A stretch of DNA of 64,000 bases. Source: Macrostomum hystrix (taxonomy: Eukaryota; Animalia; Platyhelminthes). Every line of letters begins with the position of its first letter. The stretch's first letter is position 1. The stretch is taken from the NCBI GenBank assembly GCA_950097015.1, contig CATNEN010000025.1:2418001-2482000 (forward strand), written 5' to 3'. Positions 1-15,600 of the stretch are shown in pieces. The notes beneath the pieces were generated by a model. That model was not told the DNA's origin, did no database searches, and saw only the letters and a program-made list of their open reading frames with translations. The translations under genes and the position numbers were made by a program.

Positions 1-3000
1 GTGTCTCTTATCTTTTATCACTATAATCACGTGTCTCTTATCTTTTATCACTATAATCACATGTCTCTTATCTTTTATCACTATAATCACGTGTCTCTTA
101 TCTTTTATCACTATAATCACGTGTCTCTTATCTTTTATCACTATATTCACGTGTCTCTTATCTTTTATCACTATAATCACGTGTCTCTTATCTTTTATCA
201 CTATAATCACGTGTCTCTTATCTTTTATCACTATAATCACGTGTCTCTTATCTTTTATCACTATAATCACGTGTCTCTTATCTTCTATCACTAATATCAC
301 GTGTCTCTTATCTTTTATCACTATAATCACGTGTCTCTTATCTTTTATCACTATAATCACGTGTCTCTTATCTTTTATCACTATAATCACGTGTCTCTTA
401 TCTTTTATCACTATAATCACGTGTCTCTTATCTTTTATCACTATAATCACGTGTATCTTATCTTTTATCACTATAATCACGTGTCTCTTATCTTTTATCA
501 CTATAATCACGTGTCTCTTATCTTTTATCACTATAATCACGTGTCTCTTATCTTTTATCACTATAATCACGTGTCTCTTATCTTTTATCACTATAATCAC
601 GTGTCTCTTATCTTTTATCACTATAATCACGTGTCTCTTATCTTTTATCACTATAATCACGTGTCTCTTATCTTTTATCACTATAATCACGTGTCTCTTA
701 TCTTTTATCACTATAATCACGTGTCTCTTATCTTTTATCACTATATTCACGTGTCTCTTATCTTTTATCACTATATTCACGTGTCTCTTATCTTTTATCA
801 CTATAATCAAGTTTCTCTTACCTTTTATCACTATAATCACGTGTCTCTTATCTTTTATCACTATAATCACGTGTCTCTTATCTTTTATCACTATAATCAC
901 GTGTCTCTTATCTTTTATCACTATAATCACGTGTCTCTTATCTTTTATCACTATAATCACGTGTCTCTTATCTTTTATCACTATAATCACGTGTCTCTTA
1001 TCTTTTATCACTATATTCACGTGTCTCTTATCTTTTATCACTATAATCACGTGTCTCTTATCTTTTATCACTATAATCACGTGTCTCTTATCTTTTATCA
1101 CTATAATCACGTGTCTCTTATCTTTTATCACTATATTCACGTGTCTCTTATATTTTATCACTATAATCACGTGTCTCTTATCTTTTATCACTATAATCAC
1201 GTGTCTCTTATCTTTTATCACTATAATCACGTGTCTCTTATCTTTTATCACTATATTCACGTGTCTCTTATCTTTTATCACTATAATCACGTGTCTCTTA
1301 TCTTTTATCACTATAATCACGTGTCTCTTATCTTTTATCACTATATTCACGTGTCTCTTATCTTTTATCACTATAATCACGTGTCTCTTATCTTTTATCA
1401 CTATAATCACGTGTCTCTTATCTTTTATCACTATAATCACGTGTCTCTTATCTTTTATCACTATAATCACGTGTATCTTATCTTTTATCACTATAATCAC
1501 GTGTCTCTTATCTTTTATCACTATAATCACGTGTCTCTTATCTTTTATCACTATAATCACGTGTCTCTTATCTTTTATCACTATATTCACGTGTCTCTTA
1601 TCTTTTATCACTATAATCACGTGTCTCTTATCTTTTATCACTATAATCACGTGTCTCTTATCTTTTATCACTATAATCACGTGTCTCTTATCTTTTATCA
1701 CTATAATCACGTGTCTCTTATCTTTTATCACTATAATCACGTGTCTCTTATCTTTTATCACTATATTCACGTGTCTCTTATATTTTATCACTATAATCAC
1801 GTGTCTCTTATCTTTTATCACTATAATCACGTGTCTCTTATCTTTTATCACTATAATCACGTGTCTCTTATCTTTTATCACTATAATCACGTGTCTCTTA
1901 TCTTTTATCACTATAATCACGTGTCTCTTATCTTTTATCACTATAATCACGTGTCTCTTATCTTTTATCACTATAATCACGTGTCTCTTATCTTTTATCA
2001 CTATAATCACGTGTATCTTATCTTTTATCACTATAATCACGTGTCTCTTATCTTTTATCACTATAATCACGTGTCTCTTATCTTTTATCACTATAATCAC
2101 GTGTCTCTTATCTTTTATCACTATATTCACGTGTCTCTTATCTTTTATCACTATAATCAAGTTTCTCTTACCTTTTATCACTATAATCACGTGTCTCTTA
2201 TCTTTTATCACTATAATCACGTGTCTCTTATCTTTTATCACTATAATCACGTGTCTCTTATCTTTTATCACTATAATCACGTGTCTCTTATCTATTATCA
2301 CTATAATCACGTGTCTCTTATCTTTTATCACTATAATCACGTGTCTCTTATCTTTTATCACTATAATCACGTGTCTCTTATCTTTTATCACTATAATCAC
2401 GTGTCTCTTATCTTTTATCACTATATTCACGTGTCTCTTATATTTTATCACTATAATCACGTGTCTCTTATCTTTTATCACTATAATCACGTGTCTCTTA
2501 TCTTTTATCACTATATTCACGTGTCTCTTATCTTTTATCACTATATTCACGTGTCTCTTATCTTTTATCACTATAATCACGTGTCTCTTATCTTTTATCA
2601 CTATAATCACGTGTATCTTATCTTTTATCACTATAATCACGTGTCTCTTATCTTTTATCACTATATTCACGTGTCTCGTATCTCTTGTCTCGTATTATCA
2701 CGTGTCTCTTATCTTTTATCACTATAATCACGTGTCTCTTATCTTCTATCACTATAATCACGTGTCTCTTATCTTTTATCACTATAATCACGTGTCTCTT
2801 ATCTTCTATCACTATAATCACGTGTCTCTTATCTTTTATCACTATATTCACGTGTCTTTTATCTTTTATCACTATAATCACGTGTCTCTTATCTTTTATC
2901 ACTATAATCACGTGTATCTTATCTTTTATCACTATATTCACGTGTCTCTTATCTTTTATCACTATAATCACGTGTCTCTTATCTTTTATCACTATAATCA

Positions 3001-3140
3001 CGTGTCTCTTATCTTTTATCACTATAATCACGTGTCTCTTATCTTTTATCACTATAATCACGTGTCTCTTATCTTTTATCACTATAATCACGTGTCTCTT
3101 ATCTTTTATCACTATATTCACGTGTCTCTTATCTCTTGTC
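1..3140. repeat. 30-bp tandem satellite GTGTCTCTTATCTTTTATCACTATAATCAC (more than 100 copies, runs off the left edge)
   Basis: Directly visible near-identical units, with one phase slip near 2680-2700. Confidence 0.99.
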
Positions 3141-3608
3141 TAGGAGTCTAACCTGTCTCTTATCTCTCGTGTCTCCTGTCTCATTGTTATAAGTCTCTCA
3201 CCTGTCTCTCTTTTCAGATTATCCTCAAATTTTATATTTGCTTTAATTTATTATCTCTGGCTAAAAATTCGTTTTAAGTATAAACGGTACAAATTTTAAC
3301 GTTTCTAAGATTGTTGGCTGCTGGTAAACTAGCAAAACCGGAGGTAAGCTACTTTAAAAGAAACTATTTCTTTCGTGCTAGGATTGTCTTGAAAAATTGC
3401 CAGGAAAAAATAGAATTGCATGCTAATTCACATGTATAACAGGGTAATGGAAGGAACTAGGACTGTCAGAACATTATGCTGAAAAATTATCCTATAATTA
3501 AAATATTTGATGCAGCAAATTTGACACTAACACCTTAATTAGAAAATGTATTGGACTTCAACCATTTAGTCATGATTACTAATTGTTGCAGAAATCAACA
3601 ATTTCCTG

Positions 3609-6600
3609 CTACCTGGGGTTGTCGGCGAGCAGACGGTCCTGTACATCGGCGATCTCCTGGTTAAACAGCTCCTCATCGCTGAAGTTGCAATGCCGCTGCC
3701 TATGAAATTATTAAGGAGATTATTGATTGCAGATTAGGGATTACTAACCCTAATAGCTTTAGGGATTATTGACAAGGATTAGGAACATGGATTATCAATC
3801 CTACTAACTTTAGGGATTATTGACAGCGGATTAGGGAGATGGATTATCAATCCTGCCAACTTTAGTGATTTTTGACAGCGGATTAGGGAGATGGATTATC
3901 AATCCTGCTAACTTTAGGGATTATTGACAGTGGATTAGGAAGATGGATTATCAATCCTGCCAACTTTAGGGATTATTGACAGTGGATTAGGGAGATGGAT
4001 TATCAATCCTGCCAACTTTAGGGATTTTTGACAGCGGATTAGGGAGATGGATTATCAATCCTACTAACTTTAGGGATTTTTGACAGCGGATTAGGGAGAT
4101 GGATTATCAATCCTGCCAACTTTAGGGATTTTTGACAGCGGATTAGGGAGATGGATTATCAATCCTACTAACTTTAGGGATTATTGACAGTGGATTAGGA
4201 AGATGGATTATCAATCCTGCCAACTTTAGGGATTTTTGACAGCGGATTAGGGAGATGGATTATCAATCCTGCCAACTTTAGGGATTATTGACAGCGGATT
4301 AGGAAGATGGATTATCAATCCTGCCAACTTTAGTGATTTTTGACAGCGGATTAGGGAGATGGATTATCAATCCTGCTAACTTTAGGGATTATTGACAGTG
4401 GATTAGGAAGATGGATTATCAATCCTGCCAACTTTAGGGATTATTGACAGTGGATTAGGAAGATGGATTATCAATCAAAAAATCTTTAGGGATTATTGAC
4501 AGCGGATTAGGAAGATGGATTATCAATCCTGCCAACTTTAGGGATTTTTGACAGCGGATTAGGGAGATGGATTATCAATCCTGCTAACTTTAGGGATTAT
4601 TGACAGTGGATTAGGAAGATGGATTATCAATCCTGCCAACTTTAGGGATTATTGACAGTGGATTAGGAAGATGGATTATCAATCAAAAAATCTTTAGGGA
4701 TTATTGACAGCGGATTAGGAAGATGGATTATCAATCCTGCCAACTTTAGGGATTTTTGACAGCGGATTAGGGAGATGGATTATCAATCCTGCTAACTTTA
4801 GGGATTATTGACAGTGGATTAGGAAGATGGATTATCAATCCTGCCAACTTTAGGGATTATTGACAGTGGATTAGGAAGATGGATTATCAATCAAAAAATC
4901 TTTAGGGATTATTGACAGCGGATTAGGAAGATGGATTATCAATCATGCCAACTTTAGGGATTTTTGACAGCGGATTAGGGAGATGGATTATCAATCCTGC
5001 TAACTTTAGGGATTATTGACAGTGGATTAGGAAGATGGATTATCAATCCTGCCAACTTTAGGGATTATTGACAGTGGATTAGGAAGATGGATTATCAATC
5101 AAACAATCTTTAGGGACTATTGAATCATTGGCTGTGGAATAACGGGATGGGATCCTCATTCCCACCTGCCATCCTTCTGACGCCGAATCCACACTGCCAG
5201 CTCTGCCGCGGTCGGCTCAGAGCCATCCGCCCGGCCGTGCAAGAAGACCTCCGCCAAGCCAGCCTGCGGTCCTGCGAAATCTGAGCACAGATTTGTGAGC
5301 TCAAATGTAGTTTTATGCACATGGTGGGCTCGCGACATTCAGATAATTGATTCACTTCAAATGCATACAAATCCGTATACACTCCACTCTGATCTATCCA
5401 GCCCACTCCACTCTGATCTATCCAGCCCACTCCACTCTGATCTATCCAGCCCACTCCACTCTGATCTATCCAGCCCACTCCACTCTGATCTATCCAGCCC
5501 ACTCCACTCTGATCTAACCTAAATAGCTCCGAGAATAGCACGTCAGATGGGCTCAATATGTTTGTGCTCACCAAATTTGTTGGACGAAGACTCAGAGCCA
5601 GCGGATCTGGCTCCTTCCCTCTTCTGCAATTCTTCCTCCAGCCTCTTCAACTCTGCCTGCTTCTGAATGAAGAGGAAAAAAAAGCTGCGTAATTTTAATT
5701 ATCAGATTTACTATAAGTACTCGTTATGCTTCAATGTTTTTCTTACTATGTTAGTCTCTCACATGACGCTTATATCTGACAATTTCGCTGACTCTCTCCT
5801 GCTGAACCAAGTCCTCCTGACCACTTTCCGCGGACCTTCTTTTGTTTTAATTATCACCTGAATCTCTTCCCGACTCACTGCCTCAATGTTGCTTCCCGTG
5901 CTTCAAAACCCGTTCTGTTCAAATTCTAGATTAACTATTCTATTTCTTTCTGTTCTCCCGTTCTTTCTGTTTGATGTACTTTTAAACATCAAAGCAAATT
6001 AAAATGCTTTTCGGAATAAAAAAATTTTTTGTCTAACTACTTACTACTACTTACCAGTTTAGTAGTGCATATAGTTTTATAGTTCATTCTAATAAGAATA
6101 CGCAATTTTAATTTCCCGAATGAATACCTGATCTGATCCGCAATGACCCTAAAAGTATGTCCTATCTTTCTGTATCCTGAATGCTAAATAAGAATAAATA
6201 GTTGGCACGCAAGTGTTCTAGACTGTCAGTTAAGACAAAAGTGGACTCTCCATGATTCCCAATTTACTAAGGAATTATACAGATTTTAGGTAAAAACGTT
6301 CCAATCTGGCTTGTCGAATTCAAAAGCTCGTTAAATTTCGAGTTGAGATCGTCTAAGTTCGAATTTAGCTCGGCAACTATCAATCCGCTTCTAACTCCTA
6401 AAAGTTACATTTTTTAAGCTAATCGAATTTCAAGCCTAGATAAATTTCAACCCTGATCAAATATTGATCAAGAGTCGATAGTAGTAAACCTAGAAAAAAA
6501 CGAATGAATCGAATAGTGTCCTGCTTATGCATTCCGACCAATTAAAACTGAAGATCAAAATCTCGTTCGAATTCTTGACTCACCGACTCCAGCTTTCGCT

Positions 6601-9600
6601 CCAGTTGTTCCCTCTCCTCGGTGGCCTTGGCCAGCCGCACAGCTGAGCAGCGGTCTTGCTCAACTTCGTCCGCCGGGCGTTTCGACAATTTGCGCAGCGT
6701 GGCCCTGGCGCGCTTCTCTTCGCCACGCGGATCACGGCGGAGCTCAATTAACTAATTGAGGAAGAGTTGCGGGCAAAGTGACAGAATTTACATGCGCTTG
6801 TTATGTCTTTGTTAAGGGAATGTACATATAGTTTTAACCTTGTGCAAAAGTTCTTCTATGGCGTTGAGAATAGTTTCTTAGCTATAATGTACATGACCTT
6901 GTGTGGGAAAGATCTCGCTGTGAATGTACATTGTCTATGGCCTTGAGAATGATATCTTAGCTGGAATGTACATTAGCTATGACCATGTGTGGGAAAGATC
7001 TCGCTGTGAATGTACATTGTCTATGGCCTTGAGAATGATATCTTAGCTGGAATGTACATTAGCTATGACCATGTGTGGGAAAGATCTCGCTGTGAATGTA
7101 CATTGTCTATGGCCTTGAGAATGATATCTTAGCTGGAATGTACATTAGCTATGACCATGTGTGGGAAAGATCTCGCTGTGAATGTACATTGTCTATGGCC
7201 TTGAGAATGATATCTTAGCTGGAATTTACATTTGCTATGACCATGTGTGGGAAAGATCTCGCTGTGAATGTACATTGTCTATGGCCTTGAGAATGATATC
7301 TTAGCTGGAATTTACATTTGCTATGACCATGTGTGGGAAAGATCTCGCTGTGAATGTACATTGTCTATGGCCTTGAGAATGATATCTTAGCTGGAATTTA
7401 CATTTGCTATGACCATGTGTGGGAAAGATCTCGCTGCGAACGCACATTGTCTATGACTTTGAGAAAAATTTCACATTTGCTATGGCCTTGTCAGGGAAGA
7501 TCTTTCACTGGAATTTAAATTTAGTACGTCCTTGAACGGACACCATAAGCATGAATGTTAAGCTATAGCTATGTAGCTACGAGAAAAGTTACATAGCTAT
7601 ATCTATATCGTACTTTGATTTGTTAGAATGACTAAATATACTGTAGAGCTGTGAATACTACAAGCAACGAAAGCGCCACAGACAGTCAGACATATCTGCT
7701 TGTTCTCACATAGCTCAACAACATGACCTAAAATTAATACGCACCCTCGTTTCGCCATCCGATCTCATATCAGGGCAGGGAGGCCTAGTAGCTTTGTCTA
7801 ATTCGTTGAACAGCTTCGATAATGAGTCTACCGCGGGTCTCCTGCGCTGTCCGAACTGCCTGCCCACCTCCCCGAGAAAGCCTTGGTGCTCAGACGCGCG
7901 GTAAGGTAACTCAATTTTCGCTTCCCAGTGATTAGTATACGCTCAGTCTGATTTCAGCTAGCTGCTAGCTCCCAATTGATCTCTATCCCTTCTTACTCTC
8001 GCTTTCCTTTTCTACTCAATTGCACTCTATACAGAATTCCATCACGGAACTGATATACTCAATGCAGCGGTACATTTTTTCTGAAGTGAGTAAAGTTTTA
8101 TATAATCATTAGACTGTTAGTAATGGCCATATGGAGTCAGGGACAGCACATATTGAATTTGGACCCGAACAAGTAATTAGCGTCTCACCTTCGGAAAGAA
8201 GACCAATGCGAGGGTAATAGTAGTGCAAAAGAAGATTAACGAAGAAGTGATGACAAACGAGGCTGACAGATTGTCTTTCAATGCGAAACTGACTGCTGCT
8301 CCAGCAAGGCACATGACAAGCACGTTGTACACCGACATGCCAATGTACTTGCTGTCATTCAGCGCCGGGATGCTCACGTTGCGCGTCTCCCAGGCGAAGA
8401 AGCAGCCTATTATCTTAAAAAGACACATTTGGTATTCGTTGATGAAGATAACTTAAATCATAATTAAAAGTTGTATTTTGTGCTTTTCAGAAAATTTAAT
8501 TAGTTGTTCATGATTAATTAGTTGTTCAATTACATTTTTTAAGAATCAGTCGGTGGGAGGAGTCACTGTACATTTTACAACCAGGGAAAGGAGTTGGATG
8601 TTCAGTGTACATTGGACAGTCAGGGAATGGAGTTGAGGTTTAGTGTACATAGGACAGTCAGGGAATGGAGTTGAGGTTTAGTGTACATTGGACAGTCAGG
8701 GAATGGAGTTGAGGTTTAGTGTACATTGGACAGTCAGGGAATGGAGTTGAGGTTTAGTGTACATTGGGCAGTCAGGGAATGGAGTTGAGGTTTAGTGTAC
8801 ATTGGACAGTCAGGGAATGGAGTTGAGGTTTAATGTACATTGGACAGTCAGGGAATGGAGTTGAGGTTTAGTGTACATTGGACAGTCAGGGAATGGAGTT
8901 GAGGTTTAGTGTACATTGGACAGTCAGGGAATGGAGTTGAGGTTTAGTGTACATTGGACAGTCAGGGAAAGGAGTTGAGGTTTAGTGTAAATTGGACAAT
9001 GGGGAAAGGAGTTGAGGTTTAGTGTACATTGGACAATGGGGAAAGGAGTTGAGGTTTAGTGTACATTGGACAGTCAGGGAAAGTAGTTGAGGTTTAGTGT
9101 ACATTTGACAGCCAGCGAAGGATTTGAAGAGACAGTGTACGTTTGACACCCGTGTGTTGGAAATTCGTTTGAAGAGACAGCTACAGTTGGAAAAATATGT
9201 AGTTATTATTTATGAGAATCATTATACTAAGGTATTTACGAGTATAAGTTTACGAACTTAAAAAGGTATCCTTAAGTATCCATAAACATTCTGTAGTATG
9301 GTGTCGGCACCCAGGGCCCAATGTTGCCTCACGAGTAATATATTATAAACGTGCACTCAAGCATTCAGAAGCCTGACAAAACTACAATAGCAACTATTTT
9401 TTGTAGATTTTCAACAATAACGGCCCGTTAAGTCAACAACATAATTGGGCAAAATGTCGGAAGCTTATTTTGACGAAACTTACTCATAAATCAATCAATC
9501 AAAATTCAGGTATTTGAACGATGTTAGGTGAATGAAAATACAGAGCGGCTTACAAGCAATAGGCCTTTGTAAGCAAAAAGAAGTCCAATCCAAAGGGGCA

Positions 9601-12600
9601 GCTTCTTGCTTGAGCAGATTTCGTTGTAGAAGTGAACCTCCCTGTCGTTGCTCAGCTTCTGTTAACGGTCCGTTAGGGGCGGCTAATGACATGACAGGTG
9701 AATTGGCAGTGGGAGGGCCGATTGTAAAATAATAATGGCCACGAACAATTTATTGATGGATTGCCTGACTTATGACGAAGCTAGTGTGGCAGTTTGCTGA
9801 CGGCTGTACTGTGGAGGGGGCGGACTCACCTCAATGCTGACTAGACGTTCCTCCCGCCACATGGGATCGCTGATCATCCAGGCGGTCAGAATGCCGACGT
9901 CAACGAGTAACAGGAAGAGCACAATTAGCATCAGCTGGTAGTCTTTGATTATCTGCGGGCCGTGGGAAAATGTCCGCTCAAGGTGTCAACAACTGCTTGT
10001 CAGCTTGACGGCAGTACTCAATACCCCTAATGGTACTGGCACTCTGTCTAACGTCTCCTGTGCACCCTATCTGCAGTTTCTACTGGCCCTCTCTCTACTA
10101 ATAAATCTACGAGTACCAACTCTAATATGGCCTCCCTGCATAACAAACCTTTTTGCTCATGCTGATGTTGGTGAAAATGCAGTGCACTCGCCAAGTCTTG
10201 CTGAACATTGCGCCAAACGACAGAGTGAAGCCCACAGACAGTATCCATGCTCGGGTCTTTACGGATTCAAAATACAGCATTATGACTAGGAAGTTAGTAT
10301 CATTGTTCGAAGCAATTAACAAGGTTAGACAGCTCACCGAGCAGATGTACGTCAGTGCTCGAGTATTTCCACGCAAGAGGCCGGCGTCAGTGCCCAGGAA
10401 TACAACAGACAGGTAGCACAGAACGCAACCAACCACAATGAGATTGTTCATCTGGGGACTCGACATTTTGATGTACCTGTTGGAGCGAGATAACCTCAGC
10501 CCTGATGGCCCCACATCGATCATATACCATAAACTTATAATAGAACCATACCATTGGCAAACGATAGAGCCCATCCATAGACATACGATAGAATCATACC
10601 ATAGACATTCGATATAACCATACCATAGACATACGATAGAACCATACCATAGACATACGATAGAATCATACCATAGACATACGATAGAATCATACCATAG
10701 ACATACGATAGAATCATACCATAGACATACGATAGAATCATACCATAGACATACGATAGAATCATACCATAGACATACGATAGAATCATATCATAGACAT
10801 ACGATAGAATCATATCATAGACATACGATAAAATCATATCATAGACATACGATAGAATCATATCATAGACATACGATAGAATCATACCATAGACATACGA
10901 TAGAATCATACCATAGACATACGATAGAACCATACCATAGACATACGATAGAATCATAGGCATTGACATACGATAGAATCATATCATAGACATACGATAG
11001 AATCATACCATAGACATACGATAGAATCATAGGCATTGACATACGATAGAATCATATCATAGACATACGATAGAATCATATCATAGACATACGATAGAAT
11101 CATATCATAGACATACGATAGAATCATATCATAGACATACGATAGAATCATACCATAGACATACGATAGAATCATAGGCATTGACATACGATAGAATCAT
11201 AGGCATTGACATACGATAGAATCATATCATAGACATACGATAGAATCATATCATAGACATACGATAGAATCATAGGCATTGACATACGATAGAATCATAT
11301 CATAGACATACGATAGAATCATACCATAGACATACGATAGAATCATAGGCATTGACATACGATAGAATCATAGGCATTGACATACGATAGAATCATACCA
11401 TAGACATACGATAGAATCATACCATAGACATACGATAGAACCATACCATAGACATACGATAGAATCATAGGCATTGACATACGATAGAATCATATCATAG
11501 ACATACGATAGAATCATACCATAGACATACGATAGAATCATACCATAGACATACGATAGAATCATACCATAGACATACGATAGAATCATACCATAGACAT
11601 ACGATAGAATCATATCATAGACATACGATAGAACCATACCATAGACATACGATAGAATCATAGGCATTGACATACGATAGAATCATACCATAGACATACG
11701 ATAGAACCATACCATAGACATACGATAGAATCATACCATAGACATACGATAGAATCATACCATAGACATACGATAGAATCATACCATAGACATACGATAG
11801 AATCATACCATAGACATACGATAGAATCATACCATAGACATACGATAGAACCATACCATAGACATACGATAGAATCATACCATAGACATACGATAGAATC
11901 ATACCATAGACATATGATAGAATCATACCATAGACATACGATAGAATCATACCATAGACATACGATAGAATCATACCATAGACATACGATAGAATCATAT
12001 CATAGATCGACATGAGCATACTATGAGATATGACATGGGCATAATAAGAATCGCTAACCATAGATTATAGTATAATTACTTTAAACTTTTTCATTGGACA
12101 GAGAATTTGGCCCTCTAAGATGTCTATGGTATTGCTGGAGCTTGACTCACTACCCACCGGGCAAAAATTGTCACGGTAAAATATAGCACGCATGAAGCAT
12201 AATACTTAGTTAGTACTCATGCAACGAGTGTGAATAAGTATCAGGAGATAAGATCGAGTGGGCAGTTCAACAGGAAGAAGCAGCATTGGCAGTTTTTTAG
12301 AAAGCAAAGTATATAAAAAGAGATTGAATAAAAGCATAGGCAAATAATGACATTGAGATAGACAAATTGAGACAGAGCGGAAGCTGCAGGCTTGGTCGAG
12401 AGGAATCCATTGATGAGAGGGCCGGAAAGGTGTCAATAGATATGAAAAGTCTGTCGCTGTGCTTTTTTAAGAAATGATTCTAGAGTTTCTGAAGTATGTT
12501 TTAAGTGGTAAAACCTTTTCAACAGTTAAGCAATTCAATAATTTTCATTCATTAGGATTTGTTGAAGTGAGGATTTAAGAGGACTTAGGTTTCTATAAAG

Positions 12601-15600
12601 GAAAAGACAGCAGTAAAGTAAGTAGACTTCAAATCTGTCCGTCGATGACCGCCCGTAGCAACCCAGATTAAGTTAGGACTAGGACGACTAAATAGCCAGT
12701 TGCCGCTTAAAATATGTCCCATTTAGCTCTTCTCCCACAACATTAAGTTTCAATTCCCCGTTCCCATTAGCATGCCCTACTAAAGTGAAGTTGCGGAGGC
12801 GACACTTAAGCCTGAGCCTAAGCGCACTTTGCACTGAAATTTAACAACAGTCACTAAATTTGCCGACTTTTTGTTGCCTTATAGCAATCGGCTTTGCTCA
12901 TCGGCTTTGCTTCGGCTTCGCGCGCTGTAGGCAGGGGGCGCACAGCTAGTCTACATATACTAATCCTAGCCTTGCGTGCCGCCTTAAGTGTAAGTGCGCG
13001 TGGCGAGTTCTGATTGGCTGAGGGGTTTTGCTCTCTGCCCCAAACCTGGTCTAGGCCGGGTGGGGGGTTAGTTGTTGACGCTTATGTCTAAAGATATAAT
13101 AGTTCGTGCAGGCCTTTTCAAGCCTTGCGTTTTTTCAAACTTCTAAATCCCTAAGGCTCTGTTCTTCCTTTGGCCACGCTGCCACATTGAAAATTGTTTT
13201 TTTTTCTGCAGACCTAAATCGAACTGGATTATATTTATTCGCAAAAACATGCAAATGCGAATTCTTGAGTGTCAAAAATTTGATGAAAATATTTATATGA
13301 ATTTGTTTCATTGTTTCATCGCGCCTTCGCAAAGATTATCAATGACCAGTTCTTGAGCCTGAACTCTGCGCTTATTAATTAGCTCTAATTCCGGCAAAGA
13401 ACAGGTGGGATTTCAGGACAATATGACAGCACTGAGATGGCAAGAGATAGGTCGTAGCGAATGTAGCTGCTTCAGTTGTACGGCACAAGTTAATAACAGG
13501 GGCATCGCAGCGAACTATATTTCTCTCTTCGCAGCGCTCAACGCTTAGACTTCTTCATAGCAAAAGTCGAATCCCACAAGGGGGAGCCTGGCGCGCACTC
13601 AATCATTTCCACAGCCACTGGCGCTGGGTGGCACTGATGGGGCAAGCTTGGATTAGGGCTCCTTTCAGACGCGGTCTAGCCCACTCTCTTGACTCGACGC
13701 TAATCTGCGTGTCCCAAGACTACCACGGGACTCGAGCCACCGCTGGTCACTCTGACAGTGCGGGATAATGTGGGAAAGAAAGGGGAGAAGGAGGATTGAG
13801 CAACGCCCCTAAGGGGATCTTTTTTCTTACTCTTTCTTTTTTCATCGTCGACTTTTACCCTTTAATAGAGACTCTCTTTATTCTCTTCTCCTCAAAAAGC
13901 GGCACAAAAAGACTTCACAGGACTCCTAACAGCAGCTGCCTATGCAACTCATTTGATCACCGTGAAAGCTTCTAAAAACGGTCTGATTGATTCATCGCCC
14001 GGGAGGTGGGAGGGAAATCTCACTCGAAGGATTCGAAGTTTGTGTCCGAGGCAGGGCCGATTTGTTTGTTGCAAACTAGATCGAGTGCATCGACTCGACT
14101 GACGTTAATAAAGCCTGTTGAGATGCTGAGTTGAGACTCTGATGACAATATGGACAATGAAATGGGACTGAACTGACCTGTGATTTCTGTACATGATGTT
14201 GACCGCCATCAGGGCTAGTGACAGCAGCACGCCGATGACTGACAGGCTGGCGAACACAGCGAACAGCCACAGCTGCAGCGTCACTAGGCGGGTCTCGATC
14301 TCGGTTCTGTCGCGCGGCGGAGAGCCACCTTCGAGAGAGAAAGAGAGAGAAATGCCAATCGAACTCGTAAACTCGAGGTCTGAAGTTCGAATCTTAGCCT
14401 AGATAAAACTATTTGTGTCCTTGAGCAAGACACTTAATTCCTCTTCCCCTCCCTACAGCCTTTGGAAGCCGACATAGGGGGGGGGGAGCGGTCTAACGCG
14501 TCTGCCTCTCGCAAGCCAAATTATTTGAACAGCTTGGGGGCTTGTCCTGCAATTTACGCCTATGAGAACCAACATTCAAGGCACAGTGAGAGTGTACACC
14601 GCCTGACGATGAGAAAGTCTGGGCAGATGTACACGCCTGTTGTGAGCGTAGCCTGGGTACAGTGTCTACAGTATGTATAGGAAAAATACCTTCATTCTAA
14701 GTGATATTCATTGCACCAATGAGTTTCTTCTAAAGTCTTTTTAACACCTACACTATAAATTGGTTTCCCAATTACGAAGTGCCAATTTGACAGCTGACAG
14801 ATCAGGTCCATTGTTAATCATCTGTTCAGCAGTTCTTTTCCACATTTTTTCGCGCCAATATCGATGGCCTAATCAGAGTCCCTGGAGGGTGTAGAATCCT
14901 TCCTGTCAGCTAAAGAAGATCAGAAATGGCAGGGATCTGGTTTTCGCTCTCTTAGCCAACCCCCGCCGAAGCCTAGCTTCACCGCGCAGCAGCTGTCGCT
15001 CTTATCAAGCAAGGTGGTGGCGGTGATGGCGGGGTCACCTCCGGCCAGGCAAGTGAAAAGTCATTAGATTACATTGTTCGCTCAGTAGGCAGTCTTTAGT
15101 GTTGGACAGTCAAAGCTGAACTCCTTCCAGGGCGGGGTTAGCAAAGGTGGGTCTGACTTTTCAAGATAGCGTGAAAGATAAATAGCCCACTCTCTCGTTT
15201 GTCAGTCACCGCTGGGTCGGAAGTGGGCCCGCCAGTTTTCCCTCTGTACAGATGGGTCTCTTTTAGTCAGTATTTCAGCCTGGCTGCACTAGTTCCATTG
15301 TGCTAATCCTTTTTCTTAGAAAATATAGATTGCTACTTTTAAATGCAGATCCTTATTTTCAGGTCAGTTAGTTTAATGACATAACATGGCATGAAATGAC
15401 ATGGCGGTTTGACAGTTTGTCAAACTGTCATGACTTGGCATGACGAGTTTGATAGTTCGACGGCTTGTCATTGAAAGGACATGACATGACCGCTTGGCCG
15501 TCGTTCATTGCAATGACGCGAAACAACATGACATTAATTTAGCCTACTTTTGCGTGGTAATAATATTGCTAGTGTAAGTAATGTTAATTGGGACTAAGGA

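Noticed and set aside
301-2727. 808-aa ORF (SLIFYHYNHV)n and the other long repeat ORFs at 10535, 17300, 18985, 20670, 22059, 26626, 35547 and 38362
   Set aside because: They are translations of stop-free tandem units lying in introns or intergenic DNA, with no unique flanking coding sequence.
3609-3613. Further splicing after the last exon (AG|gtagca)
   Set aside because: The donor is poor, read-through gives an immediate TAG, and an AATAAA follows, so it is treated as the terminal exon.
5759-5857. Possible alternative terminal exon for the GABA-B gene (VIIKTKEG...SVM-stop, phase 0)
   Set aside because: The acceptor is purine-rich and weak, there is no homology, and the main chain closes in phase without it. 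Only cDNA could support it.
7740-7920. GC-rich patch with open frames and donor-like ends on both strands
   Set aside because: There is no phase-compatible acceptor or recognisable homology, and the GABA-B chain does not need it.
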